64,000 nt of DNA, taken from contig CM082580.2 in assembly GCA_040954595.2 (NCBI GenBank), positions 362,783 to 426,782 on the forward strand. Reading direction: 5' to 3'. This document shows, in pieces, positions 31,512 through 43,300 of this stretch. A program made the position numbers and the translations under genes. This DNA comes from Balanoglossus misakiensis (lineage: Eukaryota > Animalia > Hemichordata). Each line of letters opens with the position of its first letter. Within the stretch, counting starts at the first letter, position 1. A model generated the notes under the pieces. It ran no database searches. It saw only the letters and a program-made list of their open reading frames with translations, and was not told where the DNA came from.

Positions 31512-31781
31512 GAAATTGAGGCAGAGAGAGCGTGCACTGCAGGACACGCTCCGAACCCTTGAAGTGGCCGTGAGTGATGGATTATGGGATTTTTGAGGCT
31601 CGTTTGAGGTTGAGGGCGCCCCTTTTCGAGTTGCTTAATTGGGTAACATTATGCCGTTGATCGCAATGTTACCTAAATTACTTGAGATCTCTCTAACACA
31701 CAAACCAAGGACACAGGTTTGGCAGCTGAAGGCAAGAGCCATTATTTATTTACGTGAACTGGGGGCTCTTGCAGGCCCAAC
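31512..31781 (-). repeat. Inter-unit B/A junction (A 31512-31675, B 31676-31781)
   Basis: Third copy of the junction block. Confidence 0.9.
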
Positions 31782-31825
31782 CACTGCCAAACCCGGTCCG
31801 CCTCTCTGCTAGTGCCACAGTAAAA

Positions 31826-32850
31826 TCAGTGTGACGCGGAGATGTCTTTAATATGCTGACCCATTTGAAAGGACACCAGATAACGAGTCTGAAATGGAAT
31901 GTTAAGATAACGGAGATACGCGCTGGATTGCCAATCCCCTTGGAGTTTGATAAGCTCCCCAGGGACCCCACTTTCGAATGCAAAGGTTGCACCCCCACGA
32001 CGGAGGCTGTGACCCGAGTACATGTCAGCAGGAAAGCCTGCCCTCTGAACTAAACATTTGATACTTTTCACCAGCCCTGAATGGGTCAAGGGGACCAATT
32101 TGCCACATTTGGGAAAATGAATCCTGGGCTAGAGGGTGGGGCTGGGATGATCTCACACATGTGATTGTATGCCTGTAAAGGGCACAACACCGAACCTGGA
32201 ATGCGGGCAAGTGGAATAGTCAAACAGCGTTCGCGAAACTGAATGGTTTTTGACCAAGTCACGCCGATTATAAGGCCAGAATCTGAGGAAATGACTTTAC
32301 CCCTACAGAGGTGTTTAGCCGGATCAAAGTCGGTTGCAGACTTCGGAACAAGATTTGACTTGCGAAAAAAGGAGAAAAACCCTATCAAAAGGCATGCCCA
32401 CAAAGTAACATCGAATGGAACAGCCACATCTAGAAGCCCGAAAAACTGTAGCAACAACTGGGGGGTGATGGGTAATTTCTGCCTCACTGGCTGGAAAGTG
32501 CTACGGGAAAGACATTTCAAAAGTAATTTGACAACATACTGATCAGCGGCCAATGGCGTGAAGCCATGGATTCTATGCAAGGTACGAATTGCGTACAAAT
32601 AATTCTGAATGGTGCCAGTAGCAGTTACTGATCTTGCAAGAAACTGGATAAATCTACACACTGTAAGAACAGATGCTGGAACAGGAGTAAAATTGAAAAA
32701 CTGACAAAACAGGAAGTAACTCTTCAACTGTGACGACAAATTCCGACGAGTTCCTTCCGCTAATGCTGACCTCATTGAGATAGCGATTTGAGCGTCTAAG
32801 GCTTGGATAGTTTGGCAGTGATCTGAAATAAAAATAAAATCAGTCACCAC
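31826..32850 (-). pseudogene. Tyrosine recombinase, unit 3, frameshifted
   Basis: A net 1-bp loss near 32117 separates the HSLRR/Y C-terminus from the rest of the protein. Confidence 0.88.
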
Positions 32851-35170
32851 TCATTGAGAAAGCGAATGTCATCCTCGGCGACTGGGTGCTCGGTCATTTG
32901 AGAAATATTAACAGATGATTTGAAGAGTTGCTCATAACTTGGGTCAAGATGCCAGCGACTGAGCGCATCAGCCAGCCGGTTCTCGGTGCCTGCGATGTGC
33001 ACAGCACGTAGCTCAAACTCGTGAATCGCTGCTACCAGCCATAATTCCCTCAAGCAAGACAGCATTAGTTTATCCCTAGCTCTACCGGTATTAATGACCC
33101 AAACTGTTGCCTGGTTGTCGCAAGAGACCTGTATTTTCTTTCCAGACCATCTATCACCCCAAATTTTTGCCGCTATAGTAATAGTGAGTAATTCGAGGGC
33201 ATTAATGTGAGGGTCCCCAACCTTTACAAAGTCAGGGAACTCCACGTGGAAATACTCGTTGTCGCAAAGCCCCCCTCCCCCTGTTGGGCATGCATCCGAA
33301 GAAAATATTTCATCTGGCGGGCACCAACCTGACTCTTTAATGAGAGACACCCCATTATAAACCCTAATGAAATTAATCCACCACCGTAGATCTGCCTTGA
33401 AATCACTGTTTAGATGGTAGTGATTGCGGGTGACGGTACGCAACACATCTAGCATTCTCGCCAGGAATAGCCTACCAGGCTTGACACATTTGGCAATAAA
33501 GGAAAGCTTGCCTATGAGTGATTGCAGCTCGCGCTTAGTTGCTTTTGTTTTAGTGACCCATACACCCAGCTCTTGCTCTATTTCATTAAGCCGGTCAGGA
33601 GTAACTTCCATAGTCATTGTAAGGGAGTTCAACTGGATTCCAAGAAAAGTCATGATTGATGACGGGGGCACCGCTTTGTGTTTGGCTTCTTGCAAACCCA
33701 GTCTATCCAGCGTGTCACCTAGCTCCGCAAATGCCTTGTGGGCTTTGTTGGAGGTCTCTGCACCACCGAAGTCGTCAAGGTAATTAACACAGTCATACCC
33801 TTTCGTGGAATAGAAACCGCATTAGTGGTGCGCTGGCAGGCTAGCGCTGCGGTTCGCAAGCCAAATGGCAATGTAAGGTCAAAGAACAATAAATTACGCC
33901 ACGTGTAGCCCAACAAATGGTAGTCCGCTGGATCGACTGGTATTTGCCGATAAGCTCTGCTTAAATCGCGCTTAAATAGGAGGCATCCCCTGCCCTTACG
34001 GGTCATCATTGCAGTGAAATCATCAATGGAAGGATATTGAAGCTGAAAACTCTCCCCAAGATATTCCCCTTTGGGGATACCGTCATTTACTGAATGGTGG
34101 ATTGGGGAACTAAGATCAAAGACTATACGCCGATTAACACTATCTTTTTTTTCGACAGTCTGAATGGGGGAAGTACTGAGTGGTGTGGCAAGGGGGTTAG
34201 TTAAGAACGGACCCGCTGTAGCCCCGGCTGCGACTTCGTTAATGATCCAGTTGTCGACATGCGCCGAGTAATTTATAGCTGATGGGTGGTTTTTCACTGT
34301 AGAGTATGGCAATTCTGAGGCTGTATAGTAGACGGGCCAACCATATTGTAGGTAATCGCAGATGATTTTGTCATCATATTGCTGCAATTCGGCTCGCCAA
34401 ATTGGGATTTGAAGATTTGATGAAACGGGTATTCTGCAAAATTGAGAATTTGGTAAACCTGATTCAACAACTATGTCATGAACGGTTATAACTTCTGTTA
34501 AATCAAGGGGTGACGCTTGTGGCCATGACGACGGGGGACAGACATCCCCGCCCACGGGAGTATCTGATAACTCAGAATACTGCATATCATTGCCCAGTGG
34601 ATAAGTGTCTGGAACACTGTGATCAACAAGGGTGGGGTTGGGAGGCCCCATATTTGGAACATTTTCCACAGTAAACATATCACTAACAAAGACATCGTGG
34701 TCATCACTGATCATACCGTCAGAGGAACCATGAGCGCTAATCTCACATGCAAATTCAGTGGTATCACCGACGGTATGGGCTAGTGATTCAATAGGGATTT
34801 GCTTGTCAAGATCAGTCTCAATATCAGGTTCTATCAAATCAACTGTATGAGTTTTACAAAGGTATTTGTCAACATTATCCCTGCTAACAGAGGTATCAAA
34901 ACAACCTGTGTGTTCAGAGGCAACATTGGCAATGGTACATGTTACTGGCTCGTCAATCGAAAGCACTGGTTCAGAAATACTACTAGGGTTAACAATAGCA
35001 TCCCGCAAAACCTCCGGGTTGCACATTGACAGGCTTCTTGAAATATCAATCTCCATGTCAGTTTGTACAGAGCGATCACACTTGTGCACTGCCTGATCTG
35101 TGATGCCCATCAATGTATAAAAGTCATTGATATTACACTCCGTACCTGCACTTTTGACTCTATGGTTCAA
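32844..35170 (-). pseudogene. RT/RNase H, unit 3, frameshifted
   Basis: 7-bp deletion near 33812, just before YLDD, plus an in-frame 6-bp deletion near 33414. Confidence 0.88.
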
Positions 35171-35220
35171 TTTAGGAATTAAATTGCTGTCACAGTCATG
35201 AGAGTCTTGTTTAGACTTAT

Positions 35221-37137
35221 CTACCTCTGCTTTAAATCAAGGGGTGACCCTTGTGGCCATGACGACGGGGGACAGACATCCCCGCCCACGGGAGTATCTG
35301 ATAACTCAGAATACTGCATATCATTGCCCAGTGGATAAGTGTCTGGAACACTGTGATCAACAAGGGTGGGGTTGGGAGGCCCCATATTTGGAACATTTTC
35401 CACAGTAAACATATCACTAACAAAGACATCGTGGTCATCACTGATCATACCGTCAGATGAACCATGAGCGCTAATCTCACATGCAAATTCAGTGGTATCA
35501 CCGACGGTATGGGCTAGTGATTCAATAGGGATTTGCTTGTCAAGATCAGTCTCAATATCAGGTTCTATCAAATCAACTGTATGAGTTTTACAAAGGTATT
35601 TGTCAACATTATCCCTGCTAACAGAGGTATCAAAACAACCTGTATATTCAGAGGCAACATTGGCAATGGTACATGTTACTGGCTCGTCAATCGAAAGCAC
35701 TGGTTCAGAAATACTACTAGGGTTAACAATAGCATCCCGCAAAACCTCCGGGTTGCACATTGACAGGCTTCTTGAAATATCAATCTCCATGTCAGTTTGT
35801 ACAGAGCGATCACACTTGTGCACTGCCTGATCTGTGATGCCCATCAATGTATAAAAGTCATTGATATTACACTCCGTGCCTGCACTTTTGACTCTATGGT
35901 TCAATTTAGGAATTAAATTGCTGTCACAGTCATGAGAGTCTTGTTTAGACTTATCTACCTCTGCTTTGCCAGAACTATCGGTCAACTTGTTGCTCTCTTG
36001 CTCTCTAAAGGCCTTATCCTTCCAGGGGCAGGCAATCTTGGGATGCTTGGCCAGGTTGTTACGCAACTTCATGCAGGCTTCACATATGTGTTTGAATGCG
36101 CAATCCTCCTTCTCGCACTTGTTACTTTGGTATTTGAAACATACATTAATCTGATCCTTCTTTTTGGATTTGTCCACTGTTTTATCCCGTCTGATCTTGC
36201 CGATACGCGGCAGCAAATATAGCTCTCTCAGATCTGCGGTGTCATTTGCCCATGTTCTGAGTCCTGACTCCATGTCAGAGAGGAGCGCGCCCTCGAACTT
36301 CAAGATGGCGTCCCAGGGGAACAAATTGGCGTCTTTCATAAGCGACTGTAAGTGTTGTAATCGCTGCTGTTTCTCTGTGTCACTCAAAGTAGGAAGTTGC
36401 ACTATCGCGAGATTACCTTCCACAAATTCCGCCATTGACATATCATCGAATTTTGGTGGGGCGCCCGAGAATGTCCGAGCCCTGACGAACATGTGCGGCC
36501 ATAGGACGTGCTGTCGCACACGATCGGTTCTGGTGTTGAACCGCATCGATTTCATTGGTACGTTACCTGCTTTGCTCTGCGCTGCTGTGTATAAACCGGA
36601 CTGTGCCAGGAGTTGGTTCGGTTGGAGGTCTTCACCGCCGCCAGCGGCCCCTGTCGCTGGTAGCCACGGACTGCCTGATGGTAACGACCACTGCAATTGT
36701 GAGTCTTCTTTCGCCATCCTCTTGAGATCGGGTAGCGTGAGTTGACTCAGGTCGTGACTTCTGGGACTTCCGCTCGAAGCGGCTGGCGGGCTGCGTCGTT
36801 CCTTCTCCAGTTTCATTTCTTTTAGTTGTTTTCTTAAATTGTCTACTTCAGATTGCTCCTGCAGTCTCGCTATCTCCGCCTGCAACTTCTCTTTCTCTGA
36901 CCTCACATCTTCCCCGTCAGATGAAGTGTCTTCTTCCTTGACAGGTTTGCTACATTTCCCGCCTTTCGAACGAGCTGACGCCATTGGTACTTTGGAAAGT
37001 TTGGTGGGGGGGACCACGCGAACTTTTCGACCGGTCGATGCTCTTGTCGTAGTCTTACTGCGAGTTGCAGGTCCCTTTTTGGCGACTGGACTGGGCTCTA
37101 TTCCCAAATCCAGCAGCTGTTGTTCAGCGTTCTCCAT
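35221..37137 (-). CDS. Gag-like ORF1, unit 3 (intact, keeps the final Zn-finger Cys)
   Basis: 638 aa; reads KHPKIACP where units 1 and 2 read KHPKIASP. Confidence 0.86.
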   Translation of the reverse strand: MENAEQQLLDLGIEPSPVAKKGPATRSKTTTRASTGRKVRVVPPTKLSKVPMASARSKGGKCSKPVKEEDTSSDGEDVRSEKEKLQAEIARLQEQSEVDNLRKQLKEMKLEKERRSPPAASSGSPRSHDLSQLTLPDLKRMAKEDSQLQWSLPSGSPWLPATGAAGGGEDLQPNQLLAQSGLYTAAQSKAGNVPMKSMRFNTRTDRVRQHVLWPHMFVRARTFSGAPPKFDDMSMAEFVEGNLAIVQLPTLSDTEKQQRLQHLQSLMKDANLFPWDAILKFEGALLSDMESGLRTWANDTADLRELYLLPRIGKIRRDKTVDKSKKKDQINVCFKYQSNKCEKEDCAFKHICEACMKLRNNLAKHPKIACPWKDKAFREQESNKLTDSSGKAEVDKSKQDSHDCDSNLIPKLNHRVKSAGTECNINDFYTLMGITDQAVHKCDRSVQTDMEIDISRSLSMCNPEVLRDAIVNPSSISEPVLSIDEPVTCTIANVASEYTGCFDTSVSRDNVDKYLCKTHTVDLIEPDIETDLDKQIPIESLAHTVGDTTEFACEISAHGSSDGMISDDHDVFVSDMFTVENVPNMGPPNPTLVDHSVPDTYPLGNDMQYSELSDTPVGGDVCPPSSWPQGSPLDLKQR

Positions 37138-37154
37138 AATAACGGTGAGAAATT

Positions 37155-37318
37155 GAAATTGAGGCAGAGAGAGCGAGCACTGCAGGACACGCTCCGAACC
37201 CTTGAAGTGGCCGTGAGTGATGGATTATGGGATTTTTGAGGCTCGTTTGAGGTTGAGGGCGCCCCTTTTCGAGTTGCTTAATTGGGTAACATTATGCCGT
37301 TGATCGCAATGTTACCTA
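37155..37318 (-). repeat. Split direct repeat A1 (5' terminus)
   Basis: 164-bp match to A2; ends …gttaccta|catgattttt against the satellite. Confidence 0.9.
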
Positions 37319-40300
37319 CATGATTTTTTTTTTAAATGGACGAAAATCGACGAAATTGTGAGATTTTGCAAAGTCAAAAATTTGTCATTTTTTGATGATT
37401 TTCACCCATGATTTTTTTCAAAAATCGACGAGATTTTGAGATTTTGCAAAGACGAAAATTTGTAATTTTTTGATGATTTTCACCCATGACTTTTTTTCAA
37501 AAATTTACGAAATTTTGAGATTTTGCAAAGTCGAAAATTTGTCATTTTTTGATGATTTTCACCCATGTTTTTTTTTCAAAAATCGACGAAATTTTGAGAT
37601 TTTGCAAATTCGAAAATTTGTAATTTTTTGATGATTTTCACCCATGTTTTTTTTAAAAAATCAACGAACCCATGATTTTTTTTCAAAAATCGACAAAATT
37701 TTGAGATTTTGCAAAGTCGAAAATTTGTCATTTTTTGATGATTTTCACCCATGATTTTTTTCAAAACTCGACGAAATTTTGAGATTTTGCAAAGACGAAA
37801 ATTTGTAATTTTTTGATGATTTTCACCCATGACTTTTTTTCAAAAATTTACGAAATTTTGAGATTTTGCAAAGTCGAAAATTTGTCATTTTTTGATGATT
37901 TTCACCCATGTTTTTTTTTCAAAAATCGACGAAATTTTGAGATTTTGCAAATTCGAAAATTTGTACTTTTTTGATGATTTTCACCCATGTTTTTTTTCAA
38001 AAATCAACGAACCCATGATTTTTTTTCAAAAATCGACAAAATTTTGAGATTTTGCAAAGTCGAAAATTTGTCATTTTTTGATGATTTTCACCCATGATTT
38101 TTCTCAAAAATCGACGAAATTTTGAGATTTTGCAAAGTCGAAAATTTGTCATTTTTTGATGATTTTCACCCATGATTTTTTTTCAAAAATCGACGAAATT
38201 TTGAGATTTTGCAAAGTCGAAAATTTGTCATTTATTAATGATTTTCACCCATGATTTTTTTTCAAAAATCGACAAAATTTTGAGATTTTGCAAAGTCGAA
38301 AATTTGTCATTTTTTGATGATTTTCACCCATGATTTTTTTCAAAACTCGACGAAATTTTGAGATTTTGCAAAGACGAAAATTTGTAATTTTTTGATGATT
38401 TTCACCCATGACTTTTTTTCAAAAATTTACGAAATTTTGAGATTTTGCAAAGTCGAAAATTTGTCATTTTTTGATGATTTTCACCCATGTTTTTTTTTCA
38501 AAAATCGACGAAATTTTGAGATTTTGCAAATTCGAAAATTTGTACTTTTTTGATGATTTTCACCCATGTTTTTTTTCAAAAATCAACGAACCCATGATTT
38601 TTTTTCAAAAATCGACAAAATTTTGAGATTTTGCAAAGTCGAAAATTTGTCATTTTTTGATGATTTTCACCCATGATTTTTCTCAAAAATCGACGAAATT
38701 TTGAGATTTTGCAAAGTCGAAAATTTGTCATTTTTTGATGATTTTCACCCATGATTTTTTTTCAAAAATCGACGAAATTTTGAGATTTTGCAAAGTCGAA
38801 AATTTGTCATTTATTAATGATTTTTCACCCATGATTTTTTTTCAAAAATCGACAAAATTTTGAGATTTTGCAAAGTCGAAAATTTGTCATTTTTTGATGA
38901 TTTTCACCCATGATTTTTTTCAAAACTCGACGAAATTTTGAGATTTTGCAAAGACGAAAATTTGTAATTTTTTGATGATTTTCACCCATGACTTTTTTTC
39001 AAAAATTTACGAAATTTTGAGATTTTGCAAAGTCGAAAATTTGTCATTTTTTGATGATTTTCACCCATGTTTTTTTTTCAAAAATCGACGAAATTTTGAG
39101 ATTTTGCAAATTCGAAAATTTGTACTTTTTTGATGATTTTCACCCATGTTTTTTTTCAAAAATCAACGAACCCATGATTTTTTTTCAAAAATCGACAAAA
39201 TTTTGAGATTTTGCAAAGTCGAAAATTTGTCATTTTTTGATGATTTTCACCCATGATTTTTCTCAAAAATCGACGAAATTTTGAGATTTTGCAAAGTCGA
39301 AAATTTGTCATTTTTTGATGATTTTCACCCATGATTTTTTTTCAAAAATCGACGAAATTTTGAGATTTTGCAAAGTCGAAAATTTGTAATTTTTTGATGA
39401 TTTTCACCCATGACTTTTTTTCAAAAATTTACGAAATTTTGAGATTTTGCAAAGTCGAAAATTTGTCATTTTTTGATGATTTTTTCCCATGATTTTGTTT
39501 TTCAAAAATCGACCAAATTTTGGGATTTTGCAAAGACGAAAATTTGTCATTTTTTGATGATTTTCACCCATGATTTTTTTCAAAAATCGACGAACCCATG
39601 ATTTTTTTTTCCAAAATCTACGAAATTTTGAGATTTTGCAAAGTCGAAAATTTGTAATTTTTTGATGATTTTCACCCATGTTTTTTTTTCCAAAATCGAC
39701 GAAATTTTGAGATTTTGCAAATTCGAAAATTTGTAATTTTTTGATGATTTTCACCCATGTTTTTTTTCAAAAATCAACGAACCCATGATTTTTTTTCAAA
39801 AATCGACAAAATTTTGAGATTTTGCAAAGTCGAAAATTTGTCATTTTTTGATGATTTTCACCCATGATTTTTCTCAAAAATCGACGAAATTTTGAGATTT
39901 TGCAAAGTCGAAAATTTGTAATTTTTTGATGATTTTCACCCATGATTTTTTTTCAAAAATCGACGAAATTTTGAGATTTTGCAAAGTCGAAAATTTGTCA
40001 TTTATTAATGATTTTCACCCATGATTTTTTTTCAAAAATCGACAAAATTTTGAGATTTTGCAAAGTCGAAAATTTGTAATTTTTTGATGATTTTCACCCA
40101 TGTTTTTTTTTCAAAATTGAACGAACCCATGATTTTTTTCAAAAATCGACGAAATTTTGAGATTTTGCAAAGTCGAAAATTTGTCATTTTTTGATGATTT
40201 TCACCCATGATTTTTTTCAAAAATCGACAAAATTTTTAGATTTTGCAAAGTCGAAAATTTGTAATTTTTTGATGATTTTTACCCATGATTTTTTTTTTCA

Positions 40301-43300
40301 AAAATCGACGAAATTTTGAGATTTTGCAAAGACGAAAATTTGTAATTTTTTTATGATTTTCACCCATGACTTTTTTTCAAAAATTTACGAAATTTTGAGA
40401 TTTTGCAAAGTCGAAAATTTGTCATTTTTTGATGATTTTCACCCATGTTTTTTTTTCAAAAATCGACGAAATTTTGAGATTTTGCAAATTCGAAAATTTG
40501 TAATTTTTTGATGATTTTCACCCATGTTTTTTTTTCAAAAATCAACGAACCCATGATTTTTTTTCAAAAATCTACGAAATTTTGAGATTTTGCAAAGTCG
40601 AAAATTTGTCATTTTTTGATGATTTTCACCCATGATTTTTTTCAAAAATCGACAAAATTTTTAGATTTTGCAAAGTCGAAAATTTGTATTTTTTTGATGA
40701 TTTTTACCCATGATTTTTTTTTTCAAAAATCGACGAAATTTTGAGATTTTGCAAAGACGAAAATTTGTAATGTTTTGATGATTTTCACCCATGTTTTTTT
40801 TTCAAAAATCAACGAACCCATGATTTTTTTTCAAAAATCGACGAAATTTTGAGATTTTGCAAAGTTGAACATTTGTCATTTGTTGATGATTTTCACCCAT
40901 GTTTTTTTTTTTCAAAAATGGACGAACCCATGTTTTTTTTTTAAAATCGACGAATTTTTCAAAATTTTGCAAAGTCGAAAATTTGTCATTTTTTTGATGA
41001 TTTCCCCCCCCCCCCACGATTTTTTTTTCAAAAATTGACGAAATTTTGAGATTTTGCAAAGTCGAAAATTTGTCATTTTTTGATGATTTTTACCCATGAT
41101 TTTTTTTCAAAAATTGACGAAATTTTAAGATTTTGCTGTCGAAAATCTGTCTTTTTTTGACGATTTTACCCATGATTTTTTTCAGAAATCGACGAAATTT
41201 TGAGAATTTGCAAAGTCGAAACTTTGTCTTTTTTGATGATTTTCACTCATTATTGTTTTCAAAAATCGACGAAATTTTCAGTTTTTGCAAAGTCGAAAAT
41301 TTGTCATTTTTTGAAGATTTTCACCCATGTTTTTTTTCAAAAATCGACGAACCCATGATTTTTTTCAAAATCGACGAAATTTTGAGATTTTGCAAAGTCG
41401 AAAATTTGTCATTTGTTGATGATTTTCATAAGCTATAACCCATTTTTTTTTCAAAAATCAACGAATTTTTGAAAATTTTGCAAAGTCGAAAATTTGTCAT
41501 TTTTTGATGATTTTCACCCATGATTTTTTTCAAAAATCGACGAAATTTTGAGATTTTGCAAAGTCGAAAATTTTTCATTTATTGATGATTTTTACCCATG
41601 ATTTTTTTAAAAAATTGACGAAATTTTAAGATTTTGCAGTCGAAAATTTGTAATTTTTTGATTATTTTCACCCATGATTTTTTTCAAAAATCGACAAAAT
41701 TTTGAGATTTTGCAAATTCGAAAATTTTTAATTTTTTGATGATTTTCACCCATGTTTTTTTTCAAAAATCAACGAACCCATGATTTTTTTTCAAAAATCG
41801 ACAAAATTTTGAGATTTTGCAAAGTCGAAAATTTGTCATTTTTTGATGATTTTCACCCATGATTTTTTTCAAAAATCGACAAAATTTTTAGATTTTGCAA
41901 AGTCGAAAATTTGTAATTTTTTGATTATTTTCACCCATGATTTTTTTCAAAAATCGACAAAATTTTGAGATTTTGCAAATTCGAAAATTTGTAATTTTTT
42001 GATGATTTTCACCCATGTATTTTTTCAAAAATCAACGAACCCATGATTTTTTTTCAAAAATCGACAAAATTTTGAGTTTTTGCAAAGTCGAAAATTTGTC
42101 ATTTTTTGATGATTTTCACCCATGATTTTTCTCAAAAATCGACGAAATTTTGAGATTTTGCAAAGTCGAAAATTTGTAATTTTTTGATGATTTTCACCCA
42201 TGATTTTTTTTCAAAAATCGACGAAATTTTGAGATTTTGCAAAGTCGAAAATTTGTCATTTATTAATGATTTTCACCCATGATTTTTTTTCAAAAATCGA
42301 CAAAATTTTGAGATTTTGCAAATTCGAAAATTTTTAATTTTTTGATGATTTTCACCCATGTTTTTTTTAAAATTGAACGAACCCATGATTTTTTTCAAAA
42401 ATCGACGAAATTTTGAGATTTTGCAAAGTCGAAAATTTGTCATTTTTTGATGATTTTCACCCATGATTTTTTTCAAAAATCGACAAAATTTTTAGATTTT
42501 GCAAAGTCGAAAATTTGTAATTTTTTGATTATTTTCACCCATGATTTTTTTCAAAAATCGACAAAATTTTGAGATTTTGCAAATTCGAAAATTTGTAATT
42601 TTTTGATGATTTTCACCCATGTATTTTTTCAAAAATCAACGAACCCATGATTTTTTTTCAAAAATCGACAAAATTTTGAGTTTTTGCAAAGTCGAAAATT
42701 TGTCATTTTTTGATGATTTTCACCCATGATTTTTCTCAAAAATCGACGAAATTTTGAGATTTTGCAAAGTCGAAAATTTGTAATTTTTTGATGATTTTCA
42801 CCCATGATTTTTTTTCAAAAATCGACGAAATTTTGAGATTTTGCAAAGTCGAAAATTTGTCATTTATTAATGATTTTCACCCATGATTTTTTTTCAAAAA
42901 TCGACAAAATTTTGAGATTTTGCAAAGTCGAAAATTTGTAATTTTTTGATGATTTTCACCCATGTTTTTTTTTAAAATTGAACGAACCCATGATTTTTTT
43001 CAAAAATCGACGAAATTTTGAGATTTTGCAAAGTCGAAAATTTGTCATTTTTTGATGATTTTCACCCATGATTTTTTTCAAAAATCGACAAAATTTTTAG
43101 ATTTTGCAAAGTCGAAAATTTGTTATTTTTTGATGATTTTTACCCATGATTTTTTTTTTCAAAAATCGACGAAATTTTGAGATTTTGCAAAGACGAAAAT
43201 TTGTAATTTTTTGATGATTTTCACCCATGACTTTTTTTCAAATATTTACGAAATTTTGAGATTTTGAAAAGTCGAAAATTTGTCATTTTTTGATGATTTT

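Larger units (their letters stand above)
19944..37318 (-). mobile_element. Tandem trimer of an Ngaro-type (DIRS order) tyrosine-recombinase retrotransposon: A1-[gag-pol-YR]-B-A-[…]-B-A-[…]-B1-A2-spacer-B2
   Basis: Three units (spacings 5657 and 5643 bp), each with gag, RT/RNaseH and YR and no methyltransferase. Split direct repeats A (164 bp) and B (106 bp). No TSD; flanks rejoin to the satellite sequence gattttcccc|catgattttt. Confidence 0.92.
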
